Shown one piece after another: positions 1-9,272 of a DNA stretch of 64,000 nt. The DNA comes from Bacteroidales bacterium (GTDB lineage: Bacteria; Bacteroidota; Bacteroidia; Bacteroidales; VadinHA17): positions 15,240 through 79,239 of the forward strand of contig PMIJ01000114.1 of the NCBI GenBank assembly GCA_003157015.1. The letters are read 5' to 3'. Under the pieces are notes generated by a model. It was not told where the DNA came from. It did not search any database and was given only the letters and a program-made list of their open reading frames with translations. The position numbers and the translations under genes are program-made. Position 1 is the first letter of the stretch. Every line of letters begins with the position of its first letter.

Positions 1-382
1 CGTCAGGATTGAGACCTAAAACTATACCGGTTTTTTCCTGGAAGTCCTTTTCACTCTGCATATCAAATGTTACCTTGCTATGAGTAACAGGAAAAGGGTC
101 GAGTTCATAGATTGCCCTGTTTACTCCAAGCATATGCTTTTTCCAGAATGAGTTATCTTCTGAAGGCGTTGGAAGAAGTGAAACAAGATGAAATCGTCTT
201 TTTGATTTCAAAACCTGTGCCATTACATTAGGTGAGTAATTGGTCTCTTCCAGTATTTTCTGGACCTTAAGCTTTGTTTCTTCAGCGACTTCGCCTCTGT
301 TATGTATTACACGGTCCACAGTGCCAATTGAGACACCGGCCATAGTAGCAATATCTTTGATCCTTGCTTTTTTCTGAGACAT
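1..382 (-). CDS. LacI-family transcriptional regulator (N-terminal part, runs off the window edge)
   Basis: Hand translation from ATG at 382: MSQKKARIKDIATMAGVSIGTVDRVIHNRGEV..., a classic LacI helix-turn-helix. Not in the ORF track because it is truncated. Confidence 0.9.
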   Translation of the reverse strand, partial: MSQKKARIKDIATMAGVSIGTVDRVIHNRGEVAEETKLKVQKILEETNYSPNVMAQVLKSKRRFHLVSLLPTPSEDNSFWKKHMLGVNRAIYELDPFPVTHSKVTFDMQSEKDFQEKTGIVLGLNPD

Positions 383-402
383 TGTAGTTCAGTGGTTACA
401 TC

Positions 403-1803
403 TTATAAATTATTGACACGTTTCATCGTTGGCACAAAAAAGTGCATAATGATCCATGCAAGGATATAGGCAATTCCGCAAAAGATGAACAGAATTCCGT
501 AACCCACTTCAATTTTACCCTGTGCGGTATAATGTTTTAAAAGCAGTCCGGCACATTGAGATAGAATTATTCCCCCTATCGCGCCTGACATTCCGCCAAT
601 TCCGGTAACAGAAGCAACAGCTTTTTTAGGAAACATATCAGTAACCGTTGTGAAAATATTTGCTGACCAGGCCTGATGGGCTGCACATGCAATACCAATT
701 ACAAGCACTGCATACCAGGTATTAAACTGACCTAACCAGCTTGCTGATAGTACTGTCAGTGGAAATAATGCATAGATGAACATCGAAAATTTACGAGCCT
801 TGAAAGCAGTCATTCCGTTATTTATGAGTCTTTTAGGTAACCAGCCTCCGTAAACAGATCCGAAAGTTGAAATTGTATAGACAACAGCAACGGCCAGAGT
901 CCAGCTGATTATTCCGGGAATCTCGGATATTACACCTGTAAAGTTTGGATTTAGTAATTTATATTCAGCCATTTTCCGGGCATTATCGCCACTCAGAAAA
1001 GCAGGTAACCAGAATAAATAAAACCACCATACTCCATCGGTCAGTAACTTTCCAAAAAAAAATGACCATGTCTGCCGGTATGTCAGAAGCTTTGACCATG
1101 GAACCCTTCCCTTTTCTTCTTTACTATCTTCTTTTTCATCTAAATCGCTATTGATATAATCGTATTCAGCCTGACTTAATACACCTGCTTTAAGTTTTTC
1201 TTCAGGAGAAGCATAAATGCGATACCAGAAAAAAAGCCAGACAGTACCTATAAGGCCAACAAAAATGAATGCCCACTGCCAACCCCAGTGTATTGCCATC
1301 CATGGAACAAACAACGGGGTTAAAATGGCACCTATATTAGCGCCGGAATTGTAAATGCCAGTGGCATAAGCTCTCTCTTTTTTAGGGAACCATACTGCCA
1401 TCGTTTTATTTGCAGCCGGGAAGTTACCGGCTTCAGTGAATCCTAAAGCAGCACGCCATGCTCCAAATGTAAATGTATTATGAGCAAGAGCATGACCAAT
1501 AGCAGCAATGCTCCACCCTAACAGGGAAAATGTATAGCCTTTTTTTGTTCCGATCCAGTCTATGAATCTTCCGGCAAGTGTCATGCCTAATGCATAGGCA
1601 ATTTGAAAACTCATTACAACCCATGAATAGTATAACTCCTGATTACCTTTATCAGCTCCAAAAATTCCTGCTTCAGACAGTGTCGGTTTCAAAAGACCCA
1701 GTACACTACGGTCAAAATAATTTACGGTTGTTGCGAAAAAAACAAGTGAACATATTGTCCATCGGTATTTTCCAACTTTTTCATTAATACCAGTAAATGA
1801 CAT
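403..1803 (-). CDS. exuT: MFS hexuronate transporter (ExuT-like)
   Basis: RWTICSLVFFATTVNYFDR, EAGNFPAA, WFPKKERAYATGIYNSG and HQAWSANIFT motifs; hydrophobic MFS pattern; uxaC context. Confidence 0.85.
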   Translation of the reverse strand: MSFTGINEKVGKYRWTICSLVFFATTVNYFDRSVLGLLKPTLSEAGIFGADKGNQELYYSWVVMSFQIAYALGMTLAGRFIDWIGTKKGYTFSLLGWSIAAIGHALAHNTFTFGAWRAALGFTEAGNFPAANKTMAVWFPKKERAYATGIYNSGANIGAILTPLFVPWMAIHWGWQWAFIFVGLIGTVWLFFWYRIYASPEEKLKAGVLSQAEYDYINSDLDEKEDSKEEKGRVPWSKLLTYRQTWSFFFGKLLTDGVWWFYLFWLPAFLSGDNARKMAEYKLLNPNFTGVISEIPGIISWTLAVAVVYTISTFGSVYGGWLPKRLINNGMTAFKARKFSMFIYALFPLTVLSASWLGQFNTWYAVLVIGIACAAHQAWSANIFTTVTDMFPKKAVASVTGIGGMSGAIGGIILSQCAGLLLKHYTAQGKIEVGYGILFIFCGIAYILAWIIMHFFVPTMKRVNNL

Positions 1804-1830
1804 AATGGGTTTATTTAAATGTACTTAAGC

Positions 1831-3285
1831 TTAAACATTATACGTCGAAGATGCTGTTTTCCCACCCCTGCCTGTCCAATTCGTATGGAAAAATTCTCCC
1901 CTCGGTTTATCGATTCTTTCGTAGGTATGAGCACCAAAATAATCACGTTGAGCTTGCAGCAGATTTGCCGGGAGTTTTTCGCACCGATAGCCGTCAAAAT
2001 ATCCGAGAGCGGATGATATGGCAGGAACGGCTATACCATTCATAGCAGCTTCGGATACGACATTTCTCCAGCCACTCTGTGCTTTCTCTATTTTATCATT
2101 AAAGAATGGATCGAGAAGAAGGTTAGTAATTGATGGATTATGATCATATGCTTCTTTAATCTTGCCAAGGAATGCCGATCTGATTATGCATCCGCCGCGC
2201 CACATAAGAGCGATGCCTCCATAGTTAAGTTTCCATTTATATTCTTCAGCAGCAGCTTTCATCAGTTCGTAACCCTGTGCGTAAGAAACAATTTTTGAGG
2301 CATATAATGCATCTTTGATGTGATTGATGAACTTAACTTTGTCACCCGAATATTTTGGAACAGGACCATGCAGTATTTTTGATGCTTCCACTCTTTCGCT
2401 CTTTATTGCAGATAGGCATCTCGAAAAGACGGCTTCTCCGATTAAAGTCAGCGGTATACCAAGATCAAGTGCAGTAACGGCTGTCCATTTGCCTGTACCC
2501 TTCTGTCCTGCTGTATCGAGAATTTTATCTACAAGTGGCTTCCCGTCAGAATCTTTATAAGCAAGGATGTCTCGCGTTATTTCAATCAGATAACTGTCTA
2601 GTTCACTTTCATTCCATTCTTTGAAAATAGTATGCATATCATCAGCTGTCAGGTGCAGCAGATCTCTCATAATCTGATAAGCCTCTGTGATAAGTTGCAT
2701 ATCACCGTACTCGATGCCATTGTGCACCATTTTTACGAAATGACCGGCTCCATTTTCCCCAACCCAGTCACAACATGGAGTTCCGTCTTCCACTTTTGCT
2801 GCAATTGCCTGAAAGATAGGTTTCACAAATTGCCATGCCGCTTTTGATCCACCTGGCATAATTGAGGGTCCTAACAATGCTCCTTCTTCACCTCCCGACA
2901 CTCCTGTTCCAATATAGAGGAGACCCTTTGATTCCACAAAAGCAGTTCTCCTGTTAGTATCAGGAAAATGAGTATTGCCACCATCAATAATTATATCTCC
3001 TTTTTCAAGATAGGGGAGAAGTGTATTGATCATCTCGTCGACCGCATTTCCGGCTTTGATCATCAGCATCACCTTCCTTGGACGTTCGAGAGATCCTATA
3101 AGTTCTTTTACAGAATGAGTGCCAATGATATTTTTACCTTTTGCTCTTCCGGAAAGAAAATCATCAACTTTCTGTGTCGACCTGTTGAAAACTGACACTT
3201 TGAATCCTTTACTCTCCATATTAAGCACAAGATTCTCACCCATAACAGCGAGACCGATTAATCCGATATCTGATAAATTGCTCAT
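1831..3285 (-). CDS. gnd: 6-phosphogluconate dehydrogenase, decarboxylating
   Basis: GLIGLAVMGENL, GHFVKMVHNGIEYGDMQ and LLQAQRDYFGAHTYER motifs. Confidence 0.97.
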   Translation of the reverse strand: MSNLSDIGLIGLAVMGENLVLNMESKGFKVSVFNRSTQKVDDFLSGRAKGKNIIGTHSVKELIGSLERPRKVMLMIKAGNAVDEMINTLLPYLEKGDIIIDGGNTHFPDTNRRTAFVESKGLLYIGTGVSGGEEGALLGPSIMPGGSKAAWQFVKPIFQAIAAKVEDGTPCCDWVGENGAGHFVKMVHNGIEYGDMQLITEAYQIMRDLLHLTADDMHTIFKEWNESELDSYLIEITRDILAYKDSDGKPLVDKILDTAGQKGTGKWTAVTALDLGIPLTLIGEAVFSRCLSAIKSERVEASKILHGPVPKYSGDKVKFINHIKDALYASKIVSYAQGYELMKAAAEEYKWKLNYGGIALMWRGGCIIRSAFLGKIKEAYDHNPSITNLLLDPFFNDKIEKAQSGWRNVVSEAAMNGIAVPAISSALGYFDGYRCEKLPANLLQAQRDYFGAHTYERIDKPRGEFFHTNWTGRGGKTASSTYNV

Positions 3286-3344
3286 AACTAAGAGATTATA
3301 TTTATAATATTATGACTTGTTTCAAGTTATTCATTTTATTAATA

Positions 3345-3384
3345 AATGGCTTAACGGCTCAATGGCTCAACGGCTCAACGGGGA
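3345..3384. repeat. Degenerate 8-bp tandem array (AAYGGCTC)
   Basis: aatggctt aacggctc aatggctc aacggctc aacgggga in the gap between gnd and the oxidoreductase. Confidence 0.75.
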
Positions 3385-3428
3385 AAAAACTTTATTTGGT
3401 TGATACCTTTGTGCCTTTGCACCATTTT

Positions 3429-4415
3429 TCACGCCTTTCCTTTATAATACTCCTTCACAACCTCATCCATCACATGGCTTGTTCTTGCTGCAGTTATTCC
3501 GGTACTCGGGGAGACACCCTGACCGTTCAGTGATTGAACTATTTTTTCAATCAGATTGTACTGAACATGAGCAGGACGTTCGTTGATGAATTCTTGCCGG
3601 CCCGATTCATTTGTAAGGACTATAGACTCAAAACTAAAGGTTGAAAATTTAATTGAACCTTTATCTCCGATAATCTCAATTGTATCTCTTCCGCTTTCAA
3701 GAGGTACACTGAATGACCAGGTACCTGATCCAATAATATTATTTTTGAAAAGAAACTCAGCAGAAACAAAATCCTCCGCTTTGTAAAAGCCTGAATGATT
3801 CACAGCTATGGATCTGACCTTATGGATTGGTCCGAATAGGAAATCTAAATAATCAAGCTGATGGCATGCAAGATCGAAGAAATGTCCACCACCGGAAACA
3901 TCGGGGTCGACCCGCCAAGATGGTTTCCCGGTTATTTCATCATAAGATGGAGACTTGAATAGTTGTATTATTATGAACCGGACTTTCCCGATAGCTAAGT
4001 TATCAATTAGATCTTTTACCAGCAGAAAACCAGGAAGAGCTCTTCTATAGTATGCCACAAAGACGGGAACTTTATTTTTTTCCGCAGCTTTATTTATTTT
4101 AAGACATTCTGAGTAGTTTAAGGCCATTGGCTTCTCGATATAGACAGGTTTTCCGGCTTTTATAACTTCAATCGCATATCCGGCATGGTGTCCAGGAGGA
4201 GTGGCAATATACACTGCATTTACATCCTTGTCATTTATGAGATCTGAAGCTTTAGAGTAAAACTTAGGGACATTATATCGTTTCGCATAATCCTCAGCAA
4301 GGATGGCATTTCTTCTCATTACGGCCATAAGTTTCGACCCTTTTATCAGATTAAATGCCGGACCACTTTTTACTTCAGTAACATTTCCACACCCGATTAT
4401 TCCCCAGTTTATCAT
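3429..4415 (-). CDS. Gfo/Idh/MocA family NAD(P)-dependent oxidoreductase
   Basis: WGIIGCGNV Rossmann start, VYIATPP, YIEKPMA and GGHFFDLACHQLD motifs. Confidence 0.9.
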   Translation of the reverse strand: MINWGIIGCGNVTEVKSGPAFNLIKGSKLMAVMRRNAILAEDYAKRYNVPKFYSKASDLINDKDVNAVYIATPPGHHAGYAIEVIKAGKPVYIEKPMALNYSECLKINKAAEKNKVPVFVAYYRRALPGFLLVKDLIDNLAIGKVRFIIIQLFKSPSYDEITGKPSWRVDPDVSGGGHFFDLACHQLDYLDFLFGPIHKVRSIAVNHSGFYKAEDFVSAEFLFKNNIIGSGTWSFSVPLESGRDTIEIIGDKGSIKFSTFSFESIVLTNESGRQEFINERPAHVQYNLIEKIVQSLNGQGVSPSTGITAARTSHVMDEVVKEYYKGKA

Positions 4416-4431
4416 AATATGAATTTAATAA

Positions 4432-5709
4432 TCATTCTTGATTCAATCGCTGCTTTGATGTCCACAATCCAAGGGCAGGGTTTGAAATGAAGTAGACTTC
4501 CTCTCCATATTCCATACTATTGAAGCCTTCTTTAAGCCTTTTTGGATCGAATTTCTTCATCATATCATTGAGATCACGATATTTAAAATTTACTGATTCA
4601 ATCTCATCTTTTGTAAGGAAACCGGGGCAATAAGTTATTGAAAATCTTCCTTCTGAACTTCCATGAATCAGATGAGCCGCTGCACTCAGATTATTATTAA
4701 GTTCTTCATTTTCCCTCTGGGATTTCAATGTCGCAGGTGTTCCCCGATACCCGTATTCTCTGATTAGCCGGTCTATCTCTTTGTCTTCGCCAAACTCCTT
4801 TAAGCCGGGAGCCAGAACGATCAACTCGCCATTATCGGCCATAGCCATACGTGTTCTGTATATACTTTTGTTACTGAGCCAGGTACTTTTATACTCGGAA
4901 GGATCAAGAAAGACTACCACTTTTTTCAGAGGTTCTTCAAGTACGTTAAAATTTACCTTAAGAGAAAGATCGGAAGCAAGCCTGAACACTTCTTCATCAT
5001 CTCCGATAAAAAGCCCCCTTACCACCAGTGTGCCTCTATTATCACGGCCAATTACTGTATGTATGTATACAATGGGCAAATGGTTGGTAAAATTTGCTGA
5101 GGCAAAGTTCAAAAGCGACCTGACCGGGTTATCAGCTTTTCCCATTATGCGTTCCATCCCATAAACAGCGCCTATGAAATGGCTTTTATTGATCCCTTCA
5201 TGGCCCCCGGTCCCAATGAAAAGGTTCTTATTATAATTGGCCATCCCCATAACTTCGTGTGGAACAACCTGCCCCACTGATAAGATCAGATCATGTCCTC
5301 CATTAGCAACAAGATTATTAAGCTGCGCGGGCCATTGAAATTCAAGCTTGCCATTAGTTATTGATGATACGAATTCTCCAGATACTGTTCCGACAGTAAC
5401 AACGTCCTTTCTCCAGTCATGTACTCTAAAGAGTGATTTTGGAATTCCTCCGTACATGCTGTCCAGTTGGGTGCAGGTCATAGGAGTGTGGGTTCCAAGG
5501 GCAGGAAGAATATCTTTCAGGCAATCCTTGTAATAGCTATATATATAACCGGTAAGTTCTCCAGCTCTTGAATGATAACGAGTGCAGTCGGGAGGAACAA
5601 CCAGAACCTTCTTTCTGACTCCAAGCTTTTCAAGGGCAGAATTAATCCCTGACTCAAGATCTTTTGAATCAAGAACTGTATTTTCAGATCCTAGTTTGCA
5701 ATATATCAT
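4432..5709 (-). CDS. LarA-superfamily (nickel-pincer) racemase/epimerase, probable mannonate/gluconate 2-epimerase (GntE-like)
   Basis: PPDCTR, PALGTH and VVPHEVMGMANYNK motifs match the LarA catalytic and cofactor-binding segments. Substrate is inferred from gene context. Confidence 0.75.
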   Translation of the reverse strand: MIYCKLGSENTVLDSKDLESGINSALEKLGVRKKVLVVPPDCTRYHSRAGELTGYIYSYYKDCLKDILPALGTHTPMTCTQLDSMYGGIPKSLFRVHDWRKDVVTVGTVSGEFVSSITNGKLEFQWPAQLNNLVANGGHDLILSVGQVVPHEVMGMANYNKNLFIGTGGHEGINKSHFIGAVYGMERIMGKADNPVRSLLNFASANFTNHLPIVYIHTVIGRDNRGTLVVRGLFIGDDEEVFRLASDLSLKVNFNVLEEPLKKVVVFLDPSEYKSTWLSNKSIYRTRMAMADNGELIVLAPGLKEFGEDKEIDRLIREYGYRGTPATLKSQRENEELNNNLSAAAHLIHGSSEGRFSITYCPGFLTKDEIESVNFKYRDLNDMMKKFDPKRLKEGFNSMEYGEEVYFISNPALGLWTSKQRLNQE

Positions 5710-5880
5710 AGTTTATTGTTTTTGGCCCCCACCCCTAAACGGGGCCTAATTTTATCCGTTTCAGAATAATTAATCTACTTTTTAACTTTTGTCTTCTTAC
5801 CTTTGTCTTTTATCTTACACTATTTTTAAAACTGTGCGCCTTACACTTCACCACTTACGCCTTCTTCCCCTGAGCTTTTC

Positions 5881-5929
5881 CCTCACACCTCACACCTCAC
5901 ACCTCACACCTCACACCTCACACCTCATG
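5881..5929. repeat. Heptamer tandem repeat (CCTCACA)x6 plus one degenerate copy
   Basis: Six perfect copies at 5881-5922 followed by cctcatg. Confidence 0.95.
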
Positions 5930-5949
5930 CATATTGCCCACTTCATGCC

Positions 5950-6840
5950 TCACACCAGCTTCCAGTGAGGATGTTCCGGCAGGTAAGTCTCAAATTCTTT
6001 TATCAGTTCATCTTCATAACCCCCTCTAAAGGTTCCGGCAAAGAATCTGTCAAGACCCTCGATACAGAGTTTTTCCCAAGATTCTTCCTCTTTACCAGGA
6101 TTTATCGGGAAGAAGCTGACCCCATTTGATCTGGCAGCTTTCAAATCACCATTTGCATCGCCTATCATCAGTATTTTATCATCAGGATACTTCCCCTTTG
6201 CTGCATATTTAAGATGTTCTGCTTTTGTACCGTGTTCCTGTCCTGCTATCATCCTAACGAAATTGTCGATTCTGTTCTCTTCCCACTCTCGCTTCAATGC
6301 TTCGAGGGGAGTTTGTGAAACAACCATGACATCAGCAGTTGACTTTGTTTTCTCAAGGCATTCTCTGACAAATGGAAAGGGAGCTATTCCGGATATCATT
6401 TTTTTTATATCCTCATTTACCTTAAGTGACCATTCAAGAGTCTGTGAAATGAAAGGATCATTAATTTCTTCTGCATACTTTTTTAACGTCTGATTCCCAA
6501 GTTTTGTCTCTTTATTTGTCCATTCTATAAGAGGGGCCGGTGAAGGAACAGTGAAACTTCTGGCTTTTATTTCAGGTCGCATTGAGAGCAGTCTGAGAGT
6601 CTCATTTACTGCCAAAAAACGATTGCATCCCCTGTTGGTTGAATAAAGATTAACAAACTCCCATGTTTCACGGGCATACTTTGAAACGGGCTGCAGACCA
6701 AAGAGCTTTATAAAATTAGGGCAGAAACATTCTTTCTGCTTTATCTCCATAGTGTCAAATGCGCAGCCGTCGGAATCTATTCCAATAAAAAACTTCTTCT
6801 CCGGTATTAAAGCTAATAACTGCTCCTGTGGATTCATCAT
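5950..6840 (-). CDS. HAD-superfamily hydrolase (phosphatase-like)
   Basis: Motif I GIDSDGCAFD, motif II VVSQT, motif IV MIGDANGD. Confidence 0.85.
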   Translation of the reverse strand: MMNPQEQLLALIPEKKFFIGIDSDGCAFDTMEIKQKECFCPNFIKLFGLQPVSKYARETWEFVNLYSTNRGCNRFLAVNETLRLLSMRPEIKARSFTVPSPAPLIEWTNKETKLGNQTLKKYAEEINDPFISQTLEWSLKVNEDIKKMISGIAPFPFVRECLEKTKSTADVMVVSQTPLEALKREWEENRIDNFVRMIAGQEHGTKAEHLKYAAKGKYPDDKILMIGDANGDLKAARSNGVSFFPINPGKEEESWEKLCIEGLDRFFAGTFRGGYEDELIKEFETYLPEHPHWKLV

Positions 6841-6925
6841 ATTTATAAGTCGAAAATCAAAAGTTAAAAGTTAAAAAGATACCATTAAAAGTGAGAAGAC
6901 GTGGAACTAAATAGTAAAGAGTAAA

Positions 6926-8215
6926 TTATTGTTTTTCATATGCTTCCGGTAAATAATCAGGCAACTTCTTATCAGCAAATTTCATCTCAAATCTGGCAAA
7001 CCTTTGTCTGCCATTGATAATCGGTACTGATGGCCAGTCTTCACCTATCAGAGGTTCTGAATAAGCAATAAAATCATCCGTGACATCATAACGGTTTTTC
7101 GCAATCCAATGTTCAGGAAAGGTTCTTTCTGACAGTGCAACTTTCTCCAGAGGAACTTTATCGTATCTCACGTTGTAAATAAAGCCTGATTCTCTTAAAA
7201 TAGTAGCCATCCAGCCATTCCCATCATACAGAGCTATCTCAACGGCTTTCTGTGCCACTTTATATGCTTCATCAAGGTCTACTACTGAAGCAAAGGCGGT
7301 GGTGTCGCGTTGATCAGTTCCCATGACCTGGCCCCTGGCGGTGCCTCTGGCTTTTAGTCCTTTACTGTTCAGATAATTAACCACAGTCTGGAAGACTGAA
7401 CTCTTACTTGAACCGAAATTGATATGTCCAAAGGCATCTTTCACATCACCCTTATTTCCAACATTAAAACCTTCGCTTATAACAACAATGCATCTTTTGT
7501 CTCTTTTCAACTGGTCATTTACGTTATCAACCAGGTTGTCTATAGATATTTTTGATTCGGCCAGATAAATCTGCAGAGGCATTATTCGTTCCGGATCGGC
7601 TAGCCTTGCGGCAGCAGGAATATATCCAATCTTCCTTCCCATTGCCTGGATAACAAGTACCGGGTCAGCCGGAGCAGAACCCATATTCTCCTCATTGGCA
7701 TTCTGAATAATATTCGACCAGTACCTTGCTACGCTGCCATATCCAGGGGTGTGATCAATAAGTTTAAAATCATTGTCGCCCATATCATTATCTATTGTTT
7801 TTGGCACACCAACTGCTACCAGGTCGAGACCTTTGGAATTCGCCATTTCACTGACTTTTAATGCAGTATGCTGCGAATCGTTGCCGCCTATATAGAAAAA
7901 GTATCCGATATTATGAGCTTTAAATACTTCCATTATCCTTTGGAAATCCTTTTTATGTGCATCGAGGAGTTTATATCTGCAGGTACCTATGCTTCCGGCA
8001 GCAGGAGTGTTTCTAAGAAGAGCGATCTCTTCTTCTTTCTGTGATGACAGGTCAAGTAACTCCTCGTTCAGGACTCCCTCAATCCCGTGCCAGCCGCCAT
8101 ATACCTTCCCGAATTTATCAGGAAACATCATGCAGGTCTCGATGATGCCTCGCAATGAACTATTTATTACCGGTGAGGGTCCGCCTGACTGGGCAACTAT
8201 TACGTTTTTAGTCAT
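6926..8215 (-). CDS. Phosphofructokinase-family kinase with pyrophosphate-dependent signature
   Basis: AQSGGPSPVIN, IGGNDS, PKTIDND and MGR motifs. Start moved to MTKNVIVAQ (ATG at 8215) because the longer ORF crosses a repeat array. Confidence 0.85.
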   Translation of the reverse strand: MTKNVIVAQSGGPSPVINSSLRGIIETCMMFPDKFGKVYGGWHGIEGVLNEELLDLSSQKEEEIALLRNTPAAGSIGTCRYKLLDAHKKDFQRIMEVFKAHNIGYFFYIGGNDSQHTALKVSEMANSKGLDLVAVGVPKTIDNDMGDNDFKLIDHTPGYGSVARYWSNIIQNANEENMGSAPADPVLVIQAMGRKIGYIPAAARLADPERIMPLQIYLAESKISIDNLVDNVNDQLKRDKRCIVVISEGFNVGNKGDVKDAFGHINFGSSKSSVFQTVVNYLNSKGLKARGTARGQVMGTDQRDTTAFASVVDLDEAYKVAQKAVEIALYDGNGWMATILRESGFIYNVRYDKVPLEKVALSERTFPEHWIAKNRYDVTDDFIAYSEPLIGEDWPSVPIINGRQRFARFEMKFADKKLPDYLPEAYEKQ

Positions 8216-8288
8216 AGTCTTTGTCTTTTTGCTTTTGTCTTTTATCTTCAAATTCTGTTCTTTGCCCTTCGCCCTTTGCCCTGTGCCG

Positions 8289-9131
8289 TCAAACTCCGCT
8301 GTATGCACTAAACCCACCGTCAACCGGAATAACTACACCTGTGACAAACTTTGACAGATCAGAAGCAAGATAAATCAAAGTACCGGTTAGTTCTTCCGGC
8401 AGGCAGTAACGTTCCATAGGAGTGCCGTTAATTATTTTCTTTCCCCTTTGAGTATACGCTCCGGTTTGTTCATCAATCAATAAAAATCTGTTCTGGTTTG
8501 TGAGCAGAAACCCGGGAGCAATGGCATTTACCCTTATACCTGTTTTTGCAAGATGAACAGCAAGCCATTGTGTGAAATTATTGACCGCTGCTTTTGCCGA
8601 TGAGTATGCAGGAATCTTTGTCAGGGGTCTGAAAGAGTTCATTGATGAAATGTTAATAATTACTCCTGATTTATTCCTGACCATATCAGTTGCGAAAACC
8701 ATTGACGGAATAAGTGTGCCCTTAAAGTTAAGGTCAAAAACCTTTTCAAATTCTTCGATCCGGAGTCCGAAAAATGTCTCTTCAGGATTTTCACTTTCAC
8801 TCCCATCCATTTTTTCAACCTTCGTGGTAGCTGCAGGAGAGTTTCCCCCGGCGCCGTTAACCAGGATGTCGATGGTACCGAACTGTTCATGTATTATATT
8901 CATAGCACTTTGGAGGGAAGCTTTATCGAGAACATTTGCTGAAACTCCAATTGACGATGTTGTATACTCTTTCTCTATCTGTTTGGCGACAGAAGTTGCG
9001 GCATCTTTATTAAGGTCAAGGATAACCGTTTTTACACCATGAACGGCAAGCGATCTGGCCATGGCCGAACAGATTATCCCAGCGCCACCAGTTATTACTG
9101 CAACTTTATTCTTGAGATTTAATTCATTCAT
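8289..9131 (-). CDS. uxuB: SDR-family D-mannonate oxidoreductase (fructuronate reductase)
   Basis: ITGGAG, LVNGAGGN, PLTKIPAYSSAK and PGFLLTNQNR motifs typical of the SDR-type UxuB; directly downstream of uxaC. Confidence 0.8.
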   Translation of the reverse strand: MNELNLKNKVAVITGGAGIICSAMARSLAVHGVKTVILDLNKDAATSVAKQIEKEYTTSSIGVSANVLDKASLQSAMNIIHEQFGTIDILVNGAGGNSPAATTKVEKMDGSESENPEETFFGLRIEEFEKVFDLNFKGTLIPSMVFATDMVRNKSGVIINISSMNSFRPLTKIPAYSSAKAAVNNFTQWLAVHLAKTGIRVNAIAPGFLLTNQNRFLLIDEQTGAYTQRGKKIINGTPMERYCLPEELTGTLIYLASDLSKFVTGVVIPVDGGFSAYSGV

Positions 9132-9272
9132 ATAAAATGTGTTATGTCTAACTTTTAGTACACCTCAATTTTACCTCTCCTTAAATCTCTCCCCCAAGAG
9201 GGAGGGACTTAATGCATACCCCCTTCTCTCCTGGGAGAAGGGGGCAGATTGTAGAGGCATCAGAACAGGGGT

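Noticed and set aside
6926-8323. Long N-terminal extensions in the ORF track (PFK, yeeE, rhodaneses, DAHP synthase, 57448-58161)
   Set aside because: The extensions run through repeats or overlap upstream genes. Downstream ATGs give family-typical N-termini.
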